From positions 332,010,001 to 332,074,000 of the forward strand of contig OZ024741.1 of the NCBI GenBank assembly GCA_964016885.1: a stretch of DNA of 64,000 nucleotides, given 5' to 3'. Positions 1-13,074 of this stretch are shown one piece after another. This DNA comes from Eledone cirrhosa. Its lineage: Eukaryota. The notes below the pieces were generated by a model. That model was not told the origin of the DNA and did no database searches. It saw only the letters and a list, made by a program, of their open reading frames with translations. Each line of letters starts with the position of its first letter. The first letter of the stretch is position 1. The position numbers and the translations under genes are program-made.

Positions 1-569
1 TTATTAGCTAATAAGTCAATTAATTAATCAAATGATTAATTTATTTATGAAAGTTCTTTTATCACAGCCTGTTATTCTACCCACACCCCCTCATACCCTC
101 TATTTGCCTCTCAGAACCTAATAATATCTTTTACTGGCATTACCCAATATATACAGGGTGAGTCATAAGTAACTGGGAAGTCAATCCATCTCTATTGCAA
201 AGGTTCACAGATAACTTTTTGAACAACCGATTATTTGTGTGTGATCAGCCATGATTATATTTTTTTAGCTACTTTTGTTTGATATATTTATAATTTCATA
301 ATGTATGTCCAGAACTTTAGTAGATATTATAATTTTGAATGTAAATGTTGTACTGCTTGGTTACTTATGACATGTAAGGGTTCTTGTTTTCAGATGTTTA
401 TCAGTGGTTAAAGAGAATGATAAAAATAAACATGCACACGTGTATTTTCACCACAACATTTATAATGAAATACTTTAGATTTAGCTATATTACATTTATT
501 GTACCACAATATGTTTTAATACACTGTTTCATGTAAAGAATCTCATCGCAAAATTGAACTGAGAATGTT

Positions 570-1156
570 GTAAGGTGCTTGTACTGGCACCACAATAAAA
601 AGTACCCACCCTGTCCACATTCTAGGGCAGTCATGCTGACACCACAATAAAAGTACCCACGCAGTAACATTCTAAGGCAGTAGAGTAGGTGTCACAATAA
701 AAGTACCCAACCAGTCAACATTTTAAGACAGTCACACTGGTGCCACTATAAAAAGCTATCCATTTTTCACCCCATAAAATGCTAATGCTGGCACCACAAT
801 AAAAAGTACCCACTCAGTCTACATTCTAAGGCAGTCGAGCTGGTGTCACAATAAAAGCTATCCAGTTTTAACTCTGTAAAGTGGTAGTGTTGGTGCCACA
901 ATAAAAGGCACTTACCTAGACAACATTTTATGGCAGTCATCATGGTGTCACAAGAAAAAGCATCTGGGTTTTCACCCCATAAAGTGGTAGTGCTGGTACC
1001 ACCATAAAATGCTACTAGTACATGCTGTGAGGTGATTGGCATTAAGAAGGGCATCCAGCCATAAAAACCATGTCAAAAATGGAACATACGAGCTAGATAT
1101 GAACATCTGACCAGTTGATGATGATGGTGTTAATGGTGATGATGGTGGTGATGATG
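570..1156 (+). mobile_element. Degenerate tandem array of the RTE/SINE 3'-UTR module, ending in an RTE-type (GAT)n tail
   Basis: Repeated 'gtgccacaataaaa(a)gtaccca' units, then 'gattggcattaagaagggcatccagcc' and gatgatgatggt, similar to the RTE 3' ends elsewhere in the window. Confidence 0.6.
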
Positions 1157-1247
1157 TAAAACTTTTAATTAATTTAATTTCAATCTTATCATTACAGATA
1201 CCTTTTCTATCGGAGGATTACGAAATGCAGTTGTGTTAAACCAAAGC

Positions 1248-3641
1248 ATGAAAATGCTGCTTTCATTTTTCATATTGTTTTTTGTCCTGCCCTACTCTTC
1301 TTATTGTGTGGATCTTATCTACAGAGTAGAAGAAAGCAAGAATGCTAGAACTTATTTAGGGGACATTGCCAAAGATTCCCACTTGTTGGATCGAATCCCT
1401 GTCCAATTACAAGACCAGGTGACATTTAGTCAGCTGCAAGGTGGTACACTTGCAACTCTACAGTTATTCAATGTTTCTAAGACTGGAAAGCTATACACTG
1501 CACAGACACTAGATGCAGAGAGCCTTTGTACATATAACACAGAATGTTTCAAAATGGTTGACATTGCTGTCAGGCAGGAGGAAACATTTATAAAAATTCT
1601 CAAAGTAAAGATTTTAGTGGAAGACATAAATGACCATTCTCCGGAATTTCCAGAAAAACAAATCAAACTAGAATTTTCTGAGACTGATGGAAAGGGAACT
1701 TCAAGATTGGTACCCAACGCTATTGACAAAGATGTTGGACTACCGAATTCTCAGATAACATATCAGATAGAAGATATTTTGGAAGAACCATTTACGTTAT
1801 CGGTTTCTAAAAGAGTAGATGGTACAGCTACTCTTGAGATCGTTTTAAAAGAAAGGCTGGATAGAGAAGCTAAAGACTCTTACATACTACAGGTTGTGGC
1901 TAAAGATGGGGGCTTCCCTTCAAGAAAAAGTGTTTTGAAAGTTTACATAACAGTTATTGATGTAAATGACAATCGACCAGTTTTTCCTCAAAGTATTTAT
2001 AATATTTCTATAAAAAACACACACCAAATGAATGTCCCTGTGTTGACTTTATCAGCAACAGATTTGGATTCAGGAAAAAACAGTAAAGTTTCCTATTATT
2101 TTAGTTCTAAAATAAGTGATGTTGCCAGGCTATATTTTCAACTGAATAAAGTAGATGGTAGAATATACCTGTGGAAAAAGTTACCTGCTGGGCAGAAGAA
2201 AAACTACAAATTGTTTGTTGAAGCAAGGGATGGGGGCCGACCCCCTTTAAGTGCCATAGCTTTGGTTTTTGTTAATGTCATCAACCAACAGAATAATGCA
2301 CCTGAAATAGATATAAATTTTGTGTCAGCATTAGTAGACAATACTGCTACAATTTCAGAGAAGATAAAAGTTGGAAGTTTTATTGCATTTGTAAAAGTCA
2401 TCGATGATGACATTGGACAAAATGGAGACGTTTCTTGTGATCTTCACCATGAAAAATTTCAGCTTCGAAGTCTGGCATCAAATGAATATAAAGTGATACT
2501 AAAAAGCCTTGTTAACCGAGAGAGTGAAGATCACTTTGATATCACTATTACATGTGAAGATATGGGTCAACCACCTTTAAAAGCCCAGCGACAGTTCTCA
2601 ATGCATGTAATGGATGTAAATGATGTACAACCACAATTTACGAAAACAACATTTAAATTTTTGACCTATGAAAATGAAGAACTAAATTTTCCTGTTGGTT
2701 TTATCAATGCTACAGACCCCGACTTAGGACCAGGGGGTAAATTATCATATTATTTAGTCAGCAAAAACAAAGATAAAATCCCTTTTCAAATAACAAACTA
2801 TGGCTTCATTTCAACTATTGAATCTCTAGACTATGAACAGAATAATAACTACAAGTTCCAAGTTTTAGTAAAAGACAATGGAACTCCTCAGTTAAACAAC
2901 ACAGCAAATGTGATTGTTGAAGTGATGGATGAGAATGACAATGCTCCATATTTCACCTTTCCAAGTGTTAACCCTTTCAGTTTAGATGTTTACTATCACC
3001 CACAAAGTGAAAATGACATCACAACACTGAGAGCTTCAGATAGAGATAGTCGAGAAAATGCTTTCCTCCGCTATGAAATACTTGGAGGAAATGATCGACA
3101 GCTGTTCACAGTCAACCCTTACACTGGTGCCATGTCTTTTTCTCGCACTGTTTACCAAAATGATGCAGGGCTATATAACCTTCAGTTAATTGTCAAAGAC
3201 TGTGGTACTCCAGTTCTGTCAACATCTACAGCACTCTCCTTGACATTGACAGTTAGTAATAAAACGTCCAAAATGTTCACTGCAGTGAATACACAATCAG
3301 ATAACAGGATACATCTTAATTTAGTTATAGTCATAACACTCGCAGCAGTCATTGTGTCAGTGGCAGTTGTGGTATCAATCATTATCTGCATTGTCCGGTG
3401 CCACAATGTCAGGAATACTCAGCATATAACAGAAACAAGCTCACCAAACCAATCGAGAAGTGAAAAAGGTCACCTCATCTCACATGCTAATAATTTGACG
3501 GCTTTAACATTGACCTCTGATGAGACACGAAACAGTAATTCTGCTTCAATGATGTCAAAAACACAGCTTTACCCTGAAGATGAACTGCCAGTGGAATGGA
3601 ATAATTTAAATGCAACAAGAAGTTTGCCAAGAGCTGCACAG
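1248..3641 (+). CDS. Cephalopod-type protocadherin, large coding exon (signal peptide, 6 cadherin repeats, TM helix, start of cytoplasmic tail); C-terminal exon(s) not identified
   Basis: Hydrophobic N-terminus MKMLLSFFILFFVLP. Cadherin motifs DINDHSPEF, LDRE, AKDGG, DVNDNRPVF, DVNDVQPQF, LDYE, DENDNAPYF. EC1 Cys pair LCTYNTEC. TM LVIVITLAAVIVSVAVVVSIIICIV. The ORF track starts at a GTG (1233); first in-frame ATG is 1248. Acceptor-like ttacAG at 1196-1197 and phase-0 donor CAG|GTAAGA at 3641/3642. Confidence 0.93.
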
Positions 3642-3790
3642 GTAAGACAACGTTTTGACAACTTACCTTTTAAACTAACTTTTTTTTTAATATTAAATAT
3701 GTAAAGAGAACTTAGTATACAGTCTAAGTTCTGATTTAATAGTTTATCTATCTATATATATATGCATATATCTATCCATATATATGTATA

Positions 3791-3830
<40 letters not shown>

Positions 3831-3866
3831 TATATATATATTATATATATATATACATATATTTAT

Positions 3867-3898
<32 letters not shown>

Positions 3899-3906
3899 AC
3901 ACACAT

Positions 3907-3941
<35 letters not shown>

Positions 3942-4368
3942 ACTATTGCTATTATTACATGGCATTAGAAATGCTCTAAATAAAATGTTAGTTTCATAGA
4001 CATTATAACCAAAAACACATATTCTCCATTATCACAATTTGTACATGCATCTTGTCAATCCTAATCATCTATTGTGAATGTATAACTATCGAGACACATG
4101 TAAAACTTCTGATAATAGAGAAATACCACATTTGCTAATAATGTCTATGAAATTGGCAGTTTTTTTTAGTGTATTACTAATACCGTGTATTAAAATATAT
4201 GAATTATCTCTATACTTACATATATACTTTCATATTACAAAACCACTCTCAGGTATCTATCTATATATATATAAGTAAATATGTTTTGAAACACTGAGCA
4301 GGTTTGAAATTAGAAAATAGAACAGCTTTCACCGTATTATGCATATATATGTATATGTGTATGTATAT

Positions 4369-4443
<75 letters not shown>

Positions 4444-4764
4444 TATATTAAGCACACTATATATATGTTATTGTATTTTTGGAATATGACACACCAATGT
4501 ATATGATCCTTATTTTGAAGAAAAAAGGGTTAGGGAAAAAGTTGATATACAGTTATATTTATGTATGGCTTGTGTGTGATATACATCTATATTGTTGCAT
4601 TCAGAGTTCAAATTCTACTGAGGTTAGCTTTGCTTTTAATCCTTCAGGAATCGATAAAATAAAGTACCAGTCAATTACTAAATCAAATTAATTAACTTTT
4701 CCAACCCTCAGTTCAAATTACCTGCCTTGTGCCTAAAGTAGAAATTATTATTATTGACAGGAAG

Positions 4765-4996
4765 TGGATTGGCAGTATTGGTAGAGCGTTGGATAACATG
4801 CTTCACAGCATTGAGTTACATCTCTTCACGTTCTGGGTTCAAATCCTGCCATGTTAGCTTTGCCTTTCATCCTTACAGGGTCAATAAAATAAAGTATAAG
4901 AAATGTACTAGGGTCAATTTAATCGACTTTCCCCATCCTCAAAATTGTTGGCCTTGTGTCTAAATCAGAAACCATTATTATTATTATTATTATTAT
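4765..4996 (+). mobile_element. tRNA-derived SINE with Nin/Deu-like central domain (old copy; partial copy immediately upstream at ~4600-4752)
   Basis: A-box-like ggattggcagtattggtagagc, B-box gggttcaaatcc, 'gcctttcatccttacagggtcaataaaataaagt' domain, (TTA)n tail. Confidence 0.7.
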
Positions 4997-5759
4997 ATTC
5001 ATACTTTCAGTTTATAGGAGACAGGCAGATTTTAATAGCAAATTCACTTTTCTTTGAGTTTTAATTATGTTGATTGATTTGTTTTTTAGTGTGTGTGTAT
5101 CTGTGTGTTTCCTGATTAGAAACATGAAGGAAATGGGGTGGATTCATTCTATTCAATTAATGGAAAGAGTAGAGAGTGATATCTTACAAATCTAATCCTT
5201 ATGTCACCAACCAGCTTCAAACTGCCTGTAGTTTTATGAAAGTTGTTTATTCTTAAATTTTCATACTTAATATTAAAACTTCCCTCATAATTATAAAGAA
5301 GTAATTTTTATGGAATATTATTTATGAAAAATTTAGTTATTTTCTTAAATTATTCAAAATTTTTGATTATTTTCAAAATAAATTGAAACACATAGGCAGT
5401 GTATACGAAACCAATCTTTTGTACTTGAAGTGCTGAGGTGATAGAGTTAATATAAAGAATGGGAAGAATGGAGTACTCATATGCAGAAATGCTATAAAAT
5501 AGCTTATAAAATAGAGTGAAGACCCTTAAAGATGGAGAAAGAAATGCCATCTTTAAAGGGTTTTCATCTTATTTTATAAGCTATTTGATAGCATCTCCGT
5601 GCAAGAGACCTCCATTCTTTATATTAACAAATGCAGTGTATTTCACTAGAAACACAGTCTCAAAAGGGTCAAACATTTTGTGACCATATTTTCCATGAAA
5701 AAAACTGCATAGTTTTTCAAATCATTTTGAAAATAATCTAAAATTTGAAGGGATGTAGC

Positions 5760-5960
5760 ATGAAGTTAGGCTGAAAAGTTCATAGAATGGTCAAGATACT
5801 CTCATTGATTGGCCAAATTACATTTATTTTTCAACATAATCTCTAGAAAAAAGAATATAGTTATTAGTAAGAAGTGTTGAAATTAATGCATGCAAGATTT
5901 CACAGCTCTAGCATCAATCCTTCATAGTCAGCCTATGAACTGTTTAGCTGACCCTCGTAA
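5760..5960. mobile_element. Mariner-type MITE (related copies ~15535-15717 and 16321-16520)
   Basis: Imperfect terminal inverted repeats 'ggctgaaaagttcatag'...'ctatgaactgtttagctgaccctcgTA'; shared interior 'gaaattaatgcatgcaagatttcacagctctagcatca'. Confidence 0.55.
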
Positions 5961-6245
5961 TATAACCAACTTCCTCCTTATTAATTTAGTGTTTGGAATA
6001 TAAAGGTTTTGCCATACAATTATGAAGTTTTAAGATAGATTTAACACTTCAAATTAAAGTTTTATATCACGGAACCAGGAGCAATTTCAGAAGGTTTGGT
6101 ATTCAATGGATTAATCTATGAAGTAGGTTGGAGCACATTTCACAAAGTTGAGGGGATTCAGACCTTATTTAATATGCTTGAATTGTTGATATTTCTAAAT
6201 GTTTTATTCTTAAGACACCTTTAAATCTCATTTGTGGAATATACA

Positions 6246-6474
6246 CAGGGTGTTTTTAAAAAAAATTGATACAAGATGAGACAGGCTTAATGTTGAGCAA
6301 GATAAGAGTTATTGCTCAAAATTTGTCAACATTATTTAAAGTACCAGTAATGCACTGGGTAATTGCTGGCCTTGTGCCAAAAGTAGAAACAATTATTACA
6401 CTAATTCACGATATATATTTTAATATGACAACCTTGGGAACAGGCCATGATATCAATGTTTTTGAAACACCCTG
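6246..6474. mobile_element. Tc1/mariner-type MITE carrying a SINE 3' fragment
   Basis: Termini CAGGGTGTTT...AAACACCCTG-TA; SINE tail 'aaagtaccagtaatgcactggg...gtagaaacaattatt' at ~6338-6398. Confidence 0.5.
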
Positions 6475-7595
6475 TATTATAAAGAAACTCACAAAAAGTT
6501 ATAGATGAATCGTTTGGATTCTGTGTGTGTGTCTGTTTCTCTTTCCTGTCTCAAATTAGTGTTTATACTATCTAATATCATTTTACCAGTAATACAATCT
6601 ATTCTATTTAGATATTCTTCACTGTGTTCCAAAGACAATTTTATTAACTCATTGCAAATATAATTCTATCTAATTTAACCCTTGGGTTGTTATGAAGTGA
6701 TTGTACTGTTAACATTCTAGTCTAAATATATTCGAATGATCTAAAAGGTACTCAGCTTTGACTTTAGCTCATTAGTTTCTATACTGCCGCAGGCATTAAT
6801 TTGGGTTTGGGGACAAAGTAAATTTCCACAACTTCACAGCAGAAGAACTATAGAGATAGATGCTGCTGATATATCCAAGATAGTGATTTGATCATTTGGG
6901 CATCACTAAATAAACACAGTGATACTATTTAACTCTTTTGCATCCATATTTCTTATGAAATAAACTAAATTTCAAATAATTCATGAAGAATTATTAAATA
7001 TTTTATTACTAAGACAATAGCTTATATGGTTCTTATATAAAACTCTTTAACCCTTTCAATATATTTCTAATTAGATACATTGCATGTCAATCAATTAATT
7101 AAAAAAACTGGAGAGGATTACTAAAATTATTAATTATTTCATTATTAAGATAGTATTATAAAGTACCAGTAATGTACTGGGTAATTGCTGGCCTTGTGCC
7201 AAAAGTAGAAACAATTATTAAGATAGTATTTGTAGAACAAAATGTCATTATATGAAATTATGTTGACAGAATTTAATGCAAATGTAGAACCCTTTAAAAT
7301 GGGTAGTGTTGTTTCATAGAAATGGGTAGGTTTGACCGAGTTGCAATCAAATGGGTTAAATTACTACTTCCAAGTATATAAAAATATGGTAGCTTACAGT
7401 TTTTGCCCCTATATTTTGTCTTTCTGTTTTATCCCTATATTTTGTCCTTTTATTTTGCCCCTATATTTTGTCATACATCAGTTTAGCATAAAAGCCTGAA
7501 CTGATTGTCTTAAAGAAGAAAGAATACTGCAATTTAAAAAAATGTTCTATAACTTTCCAATAGTGCTGGAAATATGCAATATTAACTCAATTGAT

Positions 7596-7892
7596 TTAAC
7601 CCTTTTGATGTCATACCATCTGTAACTGCCTCTGGTTCTAAGATACAAAACTGTTTATTATAAAGTGTTCATATTCAACTATAAACCTTCCAATGTAATT
7701 TTTATGTAAGAAACTTTGCTATGTAATGTTTCAAACACCAACTTAATAATGAAAAAGTTATTCTTCACCACTATGAGCTTCAGCGATTTAAGATCAGCTC
7801 TCACCACTTCTGTCCATTTTAAAATAAACAATTTTGTATCAAAGACACAGGAACAAGGCTGTTTGTAGGCAGTTTGGTATCAAAAGGGTTAA
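7596..7892. mobile_element. piggyBac-type MITE (similar TTAA-CCCTT termini at ~7048-7358, ~13712-14141, ~60602-60827)
   Basis: TTAA|CCCTTTTGAT ... ATCAAAAGGG|TTAA terminal inverted repeats with TTAA target duplication. Confidence 0.55.
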
Positions 7893-8329
7893 AAACTTAA
7901 TTATTTGATTTATCTTTGCAACTTCCCATAATATTTCAAGTTCCAATATTTCAAAATAGGTAAAAAGAATTAATTTGAGGTAGCATTCATACAACATGTG
8001 TGTCATACCTGTGTTGGTTCCAATGAAAAGTATCCCAGTTGTTAAACAATGGAATACGCTGTTGATGAAATTGACATGCAAGTGGCTGAGCACTCCACAG
8101 ATACATGCACTCCTAAAGTAGGTCACTGACAGATTCAGCATAATATAGTGTGTGACAAGACTGACCTTTTGAATTACATATACTCATTCTTGTCCAGCTG
8201 AGTGGATTTGAGTAACATGAAGTAAAGTGTTTTACTCAGTCACAATGCACTGCCAGGTTTGGGAATCAATCTCATAATTTTACAATCAGGAGCTGAAATC
8301 CCCCAACCATTAAACTACAAACCTACTTC

Positions 8330-8960
8330 TTTATCCACTTATTCCTGGGAGGGTCATGGGACAGAGTCCTCTAACACACTCTCAAGCAAGTCCTGTCAGA
8401 AACAACTGTTTTCCATTGGTATGGCTGGATCCCCAAGCGAGAGCAGACAAACTCATGGATATTATCCAACCATCTTGCTTGGGGTCTACCCTTTGGGTCT
8501 CCTGCCAGTTGGTTTTGCCTATAAAATTTGTCCAGCAATTCTTTATTTAGACATTCTAACCACATGTCCATAATATTAGAGCTGTGATCTCTCAATTCAG
8601 AGAAGTAGAAGCTCTAACAGGAGTGACTCTCTGATCTCTGAGTTATGCACTCTATCGAGTAATGTTACTACAGACTCTTTGGAGAATCCCCATTTTGATC
8701 ATTAACCAATATTCATGACCATAGACAAGGGTTGGCTTTTACACGTACCTCCCTTCTAATGACCAAGAAAGTAATATAAAAAACTAAACATGTTCATCCT
8801 CACCCACCAAAATAAATAGGTGGTAACTATATGAAGAAAAAAATTCAATTGTATTCTTTTGGTCATTATCCAAGATTCATGACCATAAGTAAGGGCTGGC
8901 ATGAATACTGAATTGAAGCTAGCGAGTTTGACTTTGACACCTACCACCCTTCTTTTACAC
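8330..8960 (-). mobile_element. Decayed RTE-clade LINE 3' fragment
   Basis: Minus-strand peptides 'FMPALTYGHESW' and 'PKGRPQARWLDNI' resemble the RTE ORF2 C-terminus; frameshifted. Confidence 0.55.
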
Positions 8961-9589
8961 CCTATAGAAAGTAATCAATAGGTAAGAAGGTAGGTGTCTT
9001 AGAGACAGTAATGAAATGTTTGTCTCTTGTTTCAGCTGGTGTTATTTAAAAATCTCTTAGATTTCCTTTGTGGAAGTTGCCTTCTCTAATGAGTCTTAAA
9101 TGATTATATTAATATCTCATGTCAATCCATAGAAAATAGACTAAAAGTACTTTGTTAGAGATTGGAAAGTAACATGTATATAAGCCAGTAATCTTCTTCT
9201 TTTCTTGCTTCTACTGCTGCTGGTGTCGCTTCTTTTCTTGCTGCTACTTCTCCTCCTCCTCCTCCTCCTACCTCTTCTCTTGCTACTTCTGTTCCTTATC
9301 CTCATCTTTTTCTTATCCCTCCTCTTCTCCTCCTCTTCTCCTCCTCCTCCACTCCATCTCCTCTTCCTCCCCATCATCCTGCTTCTTCTTCTAAGATGTC
9401 TTTTCTTGTCTTGGTAATCTTATAGTTTTAAGACATCCACTATTGCTTCTCAAATAATACATCATTACCCTATATTGGGAGAAGATTTATCAATAATATA
9501 CATTCATTTACACACATACATAAAATACTTTATATATATATATATATTTATACACACACACACACACACACAATATATATATATATATT

Positions 9590-10510
9590 TATACATCATC
9601 CTCATTTAATGTCCATTTTACAGTGTGGGCTGGGTGAATTTTGTAGTGATGCTAACTCAACCACTTTACAGTGTGGACTGGGGACTTTTATGGGGGAGGT
9701 GTGTGGGAATAGGGAAGGTGTGTGTAGGTGTTAGGACATGGATGGAGTGTTAGGAAATGGGAGGTGAATGGAAAGGGGGATGGAGGCAAAGGTGGTGCAT
9801 ACTAGATGTAAGCTTCAGCAAGTGCTCATGGGAGGGCATGTCTTCTGTAATACTGCATAACACCAGAGAACTTAGTCCTATGTCATCACATTTGAGAGGT
9901 GGAATTGCGCAAGGTCAGCTTTTATCACCTCATTGCAAGTCTTCCTGGATCTTTCTACATCATAGCTTCCATCAACTTTGAGTGCTCTGCACCTTTTTAT
10001 ATATCTGTCAGCCTTCATACACATCACATGTAATCCAATGCAATCTCCTCTCCTGCATATGGGATCTGGTCCCTCTTATGCCTAGTTTCTCTCTCAGTTC
10101 ATTTATCCTTTGCATTCATGTATATTACTATTACACATCCATTCAGAGCGTGCAGACTTCATTTCTTTCCAATCTTTGCAGGTCCTCTGCACACAGCACC
10201 CAGGTCTCACTACCATGCAACATTGCTGTTCGTATGCATGCATCATACAATTTGCCCTTCATTTTAATGAAAAAAAACCTATGTAGTTAGCAGTGGTAGT
10301 AACACTCTGAACTTTCTCCATCCTGTTCTTATTCTCGCTACTGTACTTTCAGAACACCCTCCTCCACTGTTAATTTGGTCACCTAGTAAACAGAAATTGT
10401 TGACTATTTCTACAGAGCCTTCTGGCCATTTGAAGGTGCTAGTATCCTTTGGGCTCTTGTTACTTACTGCCCATGTGCATTAGCCACATATAAAACCTAC
10501 GTTCTTTGTA
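9590..10510 (-). mobile_element. Decayed RTE LINE 3' portion (followed by an opposite-strand degenerate RTE piece ~10520-10900)
   Basis: Homologous to the MLHGSETW/RLERNE region of the other RTE copies; (GAT)n-like tail at the left end. Confidence 0.7.
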
Positions 10511-11254
10511 TATATATATACAGAATAGAGTTAACTGAGTTTTGTGAGGAATTCTATGAGCAGGTATGTGTTCATCAGGGCTCAGTCCTCGTCTCACTGC
10601 ATTTTATTATAGTTCTCCAGCCCATAACAGAATTTAAGATTAGTTGTCTCTGGGAACATCTCTCTTAAAAACAGGTTCTTACAGTTGTATCTATGGAAGA
10701 GCTAGAGAAAACTTCTGGCTTTGGAAACAGAAATTCAAATCAATACAGCTGAAAATAAACTTAGCAAAAAAACCCTAAAGTGATAGTAATTAGGTCAGAA
10801 GACAGGACTCTGATGTCATGCTTCATATGTAAAAAAAAAAAGGAGTAGGTAGGAACTCTATATGATGTACTCAATGTAAATTATGGATACGCAAGAGGTG
10901 GTGTGGTACAGCAGGCAGATTAGCAGAAATGGCAGGCACTGTATGTAGCAGATGCACAGAGATAGTTGATAGTAAGAGAACCAGTGAAATAAACTTAGCA
11001 CCAGTGAAATAAACCCGGCACCAGCAAATGTTTCACCTTCGATGGAAGGATAACTTAAGGGGAAAAAAAAAGAAGAGAATGCACTACTAAACTTTTTCAC
11101 CACATAACAACATTGTGGAAATATCAAAAGAGGTGGAGAGGGTTATACAGTGTTGTTGCCTATTATATGATTTGGCATGGGTGAGAGAAGACTATGAAGT
11201 AGAAAATGCAGGTTATCAATTTTCTTTGTGTGGTTAGAAGAAGGTTCGAAATTT

Positions 11255-11612
11255 TCAGCTTACCCAACATGTGTCTAACACACGTGGACATGCCTACAAA
11301 GTCAGAAAACAGCACAACTCCCATGACTTTCGGAAACATTTTTTCACACTTAGAGTTGCTGAAGCATGGAACAAACTGCCTGCATCTGTTGTTAGCTGCC
11401 GAGACACTGCATCCTTTAAAACCCTCATGCTTCACAAAATTCGCCAAAACTACACCTGATGTCCCCCTTCCATACATATGCACACATGTGTATATCATGC
11501 ACTGTTCAGTTTCCTGACGTTTGTACATTACCCTATGTACTATACATACACTTTTGATGAGTTATAGTGCACCTGAGCACTGTACACAATATTTTCATTA
11601 TTCATTATTATA
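11255..11612 (+). mobile_element. CR1-clade LINE 3' end
   Basis: TRGHAYKV...DFRKHFFTLRVAEAWNKLPASVV...FK, typical of the CR1 ORF2 C-terminus; same family as 54370-54960. Confidence 0.8.
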
Positions 11613-12439
11613 TATAAGTTAAACTGGTCACACATTGTAGAGCAAGGTTGGGATGCCAAATATCAAGGCGTACCTCAAGGTATACTTAGGTCTCCACTTT
11701 ATTTTTCTCTATAACCATTCCTATAACTGTTTCTTATAACCCCCCCCCCCACACACACACACACACATACACACATGCACACACACACATTCTATCACCT
11801 TTTTAAACTATTGCATATATATTTATCTAAATTGACACCTCATTCAAATCTTACATTGCTATCATGAACAGTAACTTCCAAACTAACCTCGTATAATGAA
11901 ACAAGACAAGCTTGTCACCTTAACTAGCAATAAGACATAATAACTATAACATTTATCAATGGATCTCATCATACTCTATACCAGTGTTTGCCAACCTTTT
12001 AATACCAATGATCTCTTTTATTTAAATGAATCTTCCTACTGATTTTCTGCTACAATTACTCCCCTCCTAGATTGTTATACAATCAAAAGAGTGATATGTT
12101 TATCCTTAGAGGTTTGTGATTCGATAACCAACTTCTTATTGTAGCAACATGACTGAAATTGGAAATGCTCTGTGTGTATGTTGTGTGTGTAGATCTTAAA
12201 GTTACTGACAGACCAACACACATACACATACATACATATATATATATAGTAGCAATAATAAATACAAACAATAATAAATACAAAGACCAAAATCTAAAGA
12301 GGACTTGATAAAGGTTGTGTGTGTATTTATATGTATATATATATATATTTATATATACATATATGTGTGTTCAGATCTAGCTGTCGAAACGGCTGGAGCT
12401 CAGTCATCGGGGTCCTGACTCTTTTCCTATATATATATA

Positions 12440-12743
12440 TGGAGGCACATGGCTTAGTGGGTAGAGCATTGGCCTTGCAATCGAAAGGTTCTGAGTTCAA
12501 TTCTCAGACCGGGTGATGTGTTGTTTCCTTGAGCAAGACACTTTATTTCACATTGCTCCAGTTTACTCAGCTGTAGAAATGGTCGTGGAGGAGGTCACGG
12601 CAAAAAGGCACCCAGCACTCACTGTAAATGAGGTTGGTGTTAGGAAGGGCATCCAGCTGTAGAAATCAAGCCAGAATCAGTTCCCGTCCCACCCTTGCAA
12701 GCAGGGAAAAGCGGACGTAAAATAAAATGATGAAATGATGATG

Positions 12744-12747
<4 letters not shown>
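12440..12747 (+). mobile_element. tRNA-derived SINE with CORE-like domain and RTE-derived 3' tail (other copies 28584-28905, 33235-33620)
   Basis: tRNA-like head ggaggcacatggcttagtgg...gagttcaattctc; 'ccttgagcaagacacttt'; tail 'cccgtcccacccttgcaagcagggaaaagcggacgtaaaat(gat)n', matching the RTE 3' end at 46011-46195. Confidence 0.85.
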
Positions 12748-12789
<42 letters not shown>

Positions 12790-12967
12790 TTCATAATTAT
12801 TTTGGCTAAAAAGTGAGTCTTATTACTCTGGACCTTTGCCTGTTTATGACCCTATGATAAACAGGCAAAACTCCAGAGTAACAAGACTCACTTTTTAGCC
12901 TTAATTATAATAAAATCAAAACTCTATTTCTATTTCTGAGTACTATTTTCTCTCAGCCATCATCAAC

Positions 12968-13074
<107 letters not shown>

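Noticed and set aside
9020-9090. Possible downstream protocadherin exon after 'tctcttgtttcAG'
   Set aside because: Acceptor-like, but the in-phase peptide is 17 aa with no resemblance to protocadherin tails; unsupported.
12441-12512. tRNA-like sequence (also 28585, 33236)
   Set aside because: Continues into a SINE body and RTE tail; it is a SINE head, not a tRNA gene.
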